From Candidatus Thorarchaeota archaeon (GTDB lineage Archaea; Asgardarchaeota; Thorarchaeia; Thorarchaeales; Thorarchaeaceae), in contig JBHLRS010000014.1 in NCBI GenBank assembly GCA_048882325.1, positions 1 to 64,000 of the forward strand: a stretch of DNA of 64,000 nt, read 5' to 3'. This document shows positions 60,029 to 64,000 of this stretch, in pieces; position 1 is the first letter of the stretch; each line of letters begins with the position of its first letter. The notes beneath the pieces were generated by a model. It worked only from the letters and a program-made list of their open reading frames with translations, was not told the origin of the DNA and ran no database searches. The translations under genes were made by a program, and so were the position numbers.

Positions 60029-61420
60029 CTAGGACTTTCCTCCAAAAGTGATTCCTCCTTTTATGAATCGAACATCTGTACCTCCATCAGATACGAAGGC
60101 CCATTGTCCGAATTTTCCGCACCTTCCTGCGCCATAATGAAGCTCTTTCTTTGAGATTGCATCTATTTTGAAGAGTGCATCAGTTCCAATACCTGAGATT
60201 GATAGATCTGCAACAGGTCGTCCAATCTCTCCATTTACTATTTCAAATGCTTCTTGAATGCCAACCTGAAAACTTGCATTCATTTGAGCTGAACCACCTC
60301 TGAAATCAAGACAATAGTATCCGAAATCAATGCCTTCAAACATCTCATCTTCTTGATAATCCCCAGAATCAATGTATGTGCTTCTCATTCGAATTGCTGG
60401 TGGATGCAGGTAGCTCTCTGCACGAGCGTTACCAGTAGTCCGCCGTCCTATCTTAGCAGCATATTCACGGTTTGTAAGGAGTTCAGTTAGAACAGAATCC
60501 TTGATTATATTAACACGACTTGTGGGAACTCCTTCATCATCATACTTGGCAGATCCCACCTGACCTATGTTAGTTCCATCGTCAACCATGTTTACTCCTT
60601 CGGTGGCTACCACCGACCCTATCTTGCCATTGAAAGGAGTGTTCACATTTAGATCTGCTTCTGCTAGGTGTCCAAGAACCTCGTGGGCGAATGTCCCAAC
60701 TACCTTGGATCCTAATATGCATGGAAATGAACCAACCTTGGGAGCTACACCCTCAAGCTGTAACTTGACTCGATTTGCCACAGATTCCGCCATAAACCTA
60801 GGAGTAGCAGTGGTTTCCATGAACTCCCAACCTTGTTGAGTGGATGCTTCTTGGTGTCTTGCCCCACTAAGGCGAGTACCCTCTTTTCCGGAAGCAAAAG
60901 TCATATTCCATACTAACATAATAGGAGTTTGGATTCGTGTCCCTTCAGATGTTGTTAGATACTTCTCTCCGGACGCCGTTTGTATCTTTATCGTGGATGT
61001 TGAGATCCTATCATCAAAGGCTAGTGTTTCTTTTGTCATGTCAGACATGTAGTGGAGTTTTTCCTCAATGGGTACGTGTTTTGGATCTCTTTTCACGCTT
61101 AACTTCACAGTATCTTCAATAGCCTTGACATTAGCAATCTCTATAGCTTCGCGCCTTGTCTTTGCTGCTGCTTTAGCCAAAGCTGTAGCATCACGCACAG
61201 CATCATTCAATTGGTCCACATTCCCAGTCGACACAAATCCCCATGCACCATCAGCAAGTACCCTGATTGCAGCTCCTTGTTCAATCCTCTGGGTCAGAGC
61301 AGTCACCTTATAATCATCCATTTGGATGAACTCAATGAAACTTTTCTCACCTCGAGCTTCAATGTATGTTGCACCAATCTTGCGACCAGTCTCGATGGCT
61401 TTTTCTAGAAGTTCAAACAT
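60029..61420 (-). CDS. tldD: TldD family metalloprotease
   Basis: HEVLGHLAEAD, YDDEG, TGNAR, RMRSTY, CGK. Confidence 0.92.
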   Translation of the reverse strand: MFELLEKAIETGRKIGATYIEARGEKSFIEFIQMDDYKVTALTQRIEQGAAIRVLADGAWGFVSTGNVDQLNDAVRDATALAKAAAKTRREAIEIANVKAIEDTVKLSVKRDPKHVPIEEKLHYMSDMTKETLAFDDRISTSTIKIQTASGEKYLTTSEGTRIQTPIMLVWNMTFASGKEGTRLSGARHQEASTQQGWEFMETTATPRFMAESVANRVKLQLEGVAPKVGSFPCILGSKVVGTFAHEVLGHLAEADLNVNTPFNGKIGSVVATEGVNMVDDGTNIGQVGSAKYDDEGVPTSRVNIIKDSVLTELLTNREYAAKIGRRTTGNARAESYLHPPAIRMRSTYIDSGDYQEDEMFEGIDFGYYCLDFRGGSAQMNASFQVGIQEAFEIVNGEIGRPVADLSISGIGTDALFKIDAISKKELHYGAGRCGKFGQWAFVSDGGTDVRFIKGGITFGGKS

Positions 61421-61549
61421 CTTGGTTGCTCCTTGTCGGTTGGCAGATGAACTTGAGTTGCTGACTTTATGTAATAAAGTTCCGATGCACGCTTTTTTTT
61501 GTTGAGTACCACAACATCCAATACTAGAATCGAATAATGTTCGATTAGC

Positions 61550-63589
61550 GTGGGTAAATTGAGTAAGAAGATTGTACCCTCAGAATTCATCAGTCTGCTT
61601 GATGATAACCAGATACCATGGGATGAAATCGTTGAGAGTGTCAAGAATAGAAGAAAAAAGGGAACCAAGTCTTTCGAAGTCTTCACAGATGTAGCGGTTG
61701 ATCTTGCAACGAAAGAGAGCATGAAGGAAAACCCCAATCCAAGTATCTTAGCTCTTGGTCTTCACGCGTGTCTTGTGAGGGGAAGACTTGCTGAAGCTCT
61801 CTTCCTGTCTACAGACTCGGATGTCCCTCAGATTCTAAGCCTTCGAGCTGTGGTACTCTTTGTTCTGTCAGACATTGATGAACTCAGGAATGTTGTAAGC
61901 GTTCTTCAATCAAAAATCTCAGACGCTTCAGCTGCTGTTGAACAGGTTCGATTAAGTACATCACGAGTGCTGTTAGCTGCTGCTGAAAGAGATACTAGTG
62001 TAATAGTTAGTATTATGGAGTTCGACAATCTCCTTGAGGAAAATCCTGAGCAGATTGAAGAACCAATAATTGAAACAATGTTCACGCTTTACGTTGTGGG
62101 TACATTACTACGGGAGGTTGGTGAAGCAGCTCGAGCTGCTCGAATCGCAGATACTCTCGAAGGAATGGCAAAGTCACAGAAACACAGAATGTTCGCAGCT
62201 TTGGTAGAGAATCTAAGGGGCCATATCAGCAACTATCAGGGCGATTTGAGAAAGGCTGAGAAACACTATCTCAAACTTCAGAAGCTAAGTGAAGATCTAT
62301 CTTTTGATCTAGGAATTGCAATGGCTCTAAACAACCTAGGAACTCTGATGATAAACTCACTGCGATTTGAGGAGGCGCTGGAACTTTTTCAGAAGTCGTA
62401 TGAAATGATGAAGGTTGAATCGTCTAAAACTGTAAGCCTTGCAAATCTTGGAGAGATTTGTTCGGTTTTGGGAAAGTATAGAGAGGCGGAGGAGTATCTC
62501 AAGGAAGGAATAAGACTCGAGAAAAAGACTCAACATGGCACAATAGAGGTCTATACATGGTATGTTGTAGTGCTATCAAAGACGCAGAGATTGAAAGAAG
62601 CAGCCAAGTACCTCAAAATAGCAGAGGATGTAGCAAGCACGAGTGAGAAGCCTCTAAAGAGAGGAGCATATCTCTACTCGAAGGGAATCTATTTCTCTGC
62701 ATCGAACAAACTTGAGGACGCAATTCAGACTTTCGAGGAATTGCTTACGATAGCAAAGGAGAATGAGGTATTCGAATTCCTGATTCGGGCAGAACTAGAA
62801 CTTGCCTCAACCTATGTTCGAGCATATATGCAATCTGAGTCTGCAGAGCATATCTCAAAAGCAGCCTATCATTTGAATGACTTGATCACACTTGCACATG
62901 AACAGGGTCTACAAGCACTTTATGGAGAAGCGCTACTGATTAGAGCAGATATGTATGCCTTGGCTAATCAGCGGTTCGAGGCAAAGAGCGACTTGGAGCG
63001 AGTAATTAGTGTATCATCATTTATAGAGGACTCTCGCTTGGCAACTCGTGCAAAGTCTAAGCTTAAAGTTGTAACATCAGAAGACGCGGCGGTACTGAAA
63101 CTTGAACGAGCAGATTTAACGAAATCACTGGACCGTCTAACAGGTTTCAAACCACCAGCAACTAAGCCAAAGGATGTGCCTACGCCTAATCTCCATTCAT
63201 TAGTGGTCTTGGACAGGGGATCAGGGCTTCCAGTCTTCGTTTATCATTTTGATGCAACCCTTGAGATGGACAGCTCAATTCTTGGAGGATTTATCTCAGC
63301 AATCACAGCGTTCTCTGATGAACTACTTGGTGGCAAAGCACTCCTTAGGTCGATTAATCATGAGGGTTTCACAGTTATGATGGAATACACCACTGAGAGA
63401 ATCATCACATTGATTGCAGATCAGGAAACATTTGATGTCAGGTATACACTTCGTGTCTTTGGTGACAGATTTAATCAAGAGTACCCTTTGGGGGTTGATA
63501 ATCGTGGTATTGATCCAAAGGAGTTCCAGGGGGCAGACTTGTTGGTGAAGAAAGTGTTTTCTAGCAAAGGGCTATCCCAAGCTGAATAG
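61550..63589 (+). CDS. TPR repeat protein with C-terminal longin-like domain
   Basis: TPR repeats (ALNNLGTL..., SLANLGEI...); C-terminal LVVLD..GLPVF...ILGGFISAITAFS.E...LRSI..EGF...F...FN pattern. Confidence 0.8.
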   Translation: MGKLSKKIVPSEFISLLDDNQIPWDEIVESVKNRRKKGTKSFEVFTDVAVDLATKESMKENPNPSILALGLHACLVRGRLAEALFLSTDSDVPQILSLRAVVLFVLSDIDELRNVVSVLQSKISDASAAVEQVRLSTSRVLLAAAERDTSVIVSIMEFDNLLEENPEQIEEPIIETMFTLYVVGTLLREVGEAARAARIADTLEGMAKSQKHRMFAALVENLRGHISNYQGDLRKAEKHYLKLQKLSEDLSFDLGIAMALNNLGTLMINSLRFEEALELFQKSYEMMKVESSKTVSLANLGEICSVLGKYREAEEYLKEGIRLEKKTQHGTIEVYTWYVVVLSKTQRLKEAAKYLKIAEDVASTSEKPLKRGAYLYSKGIYFSASNKLEDAIQTFEELLTIAKENEVFEFLIRAELELASTYVRAYMQSESAEHISKAAYHLNDLITLAHEQGLQALYGEALLIRADMYALANQRFEAKSDLERVISVSSFIEDSRLATRAKSKLKVVTSEDAAVLKLERADLTKSLDRLTGFKPPATKPKDVPTPNLHSLVVLDRGSGLPVFVYHFDATLEMDSSILGGFISAITAFSDELLGGKALLRSINHEGFTVMMEYTTERIITLIADQETFDVRYTLRVFGDRFNQEYPLGVDNRGIDPKEFQGADLLVKKVFSSKGLSQAE

Positions 63590-63637
63590 CTTATAACGAG
63601 TAATGAGGAAAGTGACTGGACAAACGGAGCACAATCA

Positions 63638-64000
63638 ATGACGACCCCAGATGAGATTCTCAAGATTCTCATGAAAGGAGAGAATCGAAGTACCGAGTTT
63701 AAAAGAAAACTCACCCGAGCAGATCTCAAAACAGATAGACGTCAAAAACTAGTGACGCGAATTCGATATATGACATGCGAGAAACCATTCGAGGGTTTAT
63801 TTCTTATTGGTATAGAAGACATTAGCGGAAAGGAATGGAAAATTCACGGGATTTCAGAAAATGCGCTTAAAACATCTGGACGAATTCTTACCGAGCTATG
63901 TGAAGAGGCTCAAGTTGAGATTGTTGAAGAGGAACAGATTGAAACACCTCATGGCATGGTGGGGTCGTTTCTGTTGAAAAGACTGGCCATCCCTGAGATT
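63638..64000 (+). CDS. 5' part of an AlbA_2/Schlafen-domain protein, probably an archaeal GTPBP1/2-type translational GTPase (partial)
   Basis: MTTPDEILKILMKGENRSTEFKRKL...LVTRIRYM...FLIGIED...HGIS; runs off the window end. Confidence 0.65.
   Translation, partial: MTTPDEILKILMKGENRSTEFKRKLTRADLKTDRRQKLVTRIRYMTCEKPFEGLFLIGIEDISGKEWKIHGISENALKTSGRILTELCEEAQVEIVEEEQIETPHGMVGSFLLKRLAIPEI

Overview
Gene-dense chromosomal window from an archaeon, most likely an Asgard archaeon of Thorarchaeia type. This is inferred from archaeal core genes (aRF1, PheRS, RadA, topoisomerase VI, geranylgeranyl reductase, CofE) occurring together with eukaryotic-signature-type proteins (two Rab-like GTPases, a roadblock protein, a TPR-longin-like fusion and a PH/GLUE-like zinc-ribbon protein). 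The window also holds grpE-dnaK-dnaJ, a P2-type ATPase, two MFS transporters, three membrane-anchored S8 proteases and tldD/pmbA. I found no rRNA, tRNA, CRISPR array or transposase. The most unusual region is the apparently intergenic ~1.1 kb at 24260-25390. On the minus strand it encodes three (possibly four) related cationic 22-35 aa peptides that are missing from the ORF track. They have duplicated 5' regions, stop codons fused to Shine-Dalgarno-like sequences, phased repeats and hairpins, and they lie upstream of an MFS transporter. Also notable are a Top6A carrying a histone-H1-like tail with two HhH modules, and several structured 5' leaders. All annotations come from motif recognition by eye; no searches were run.
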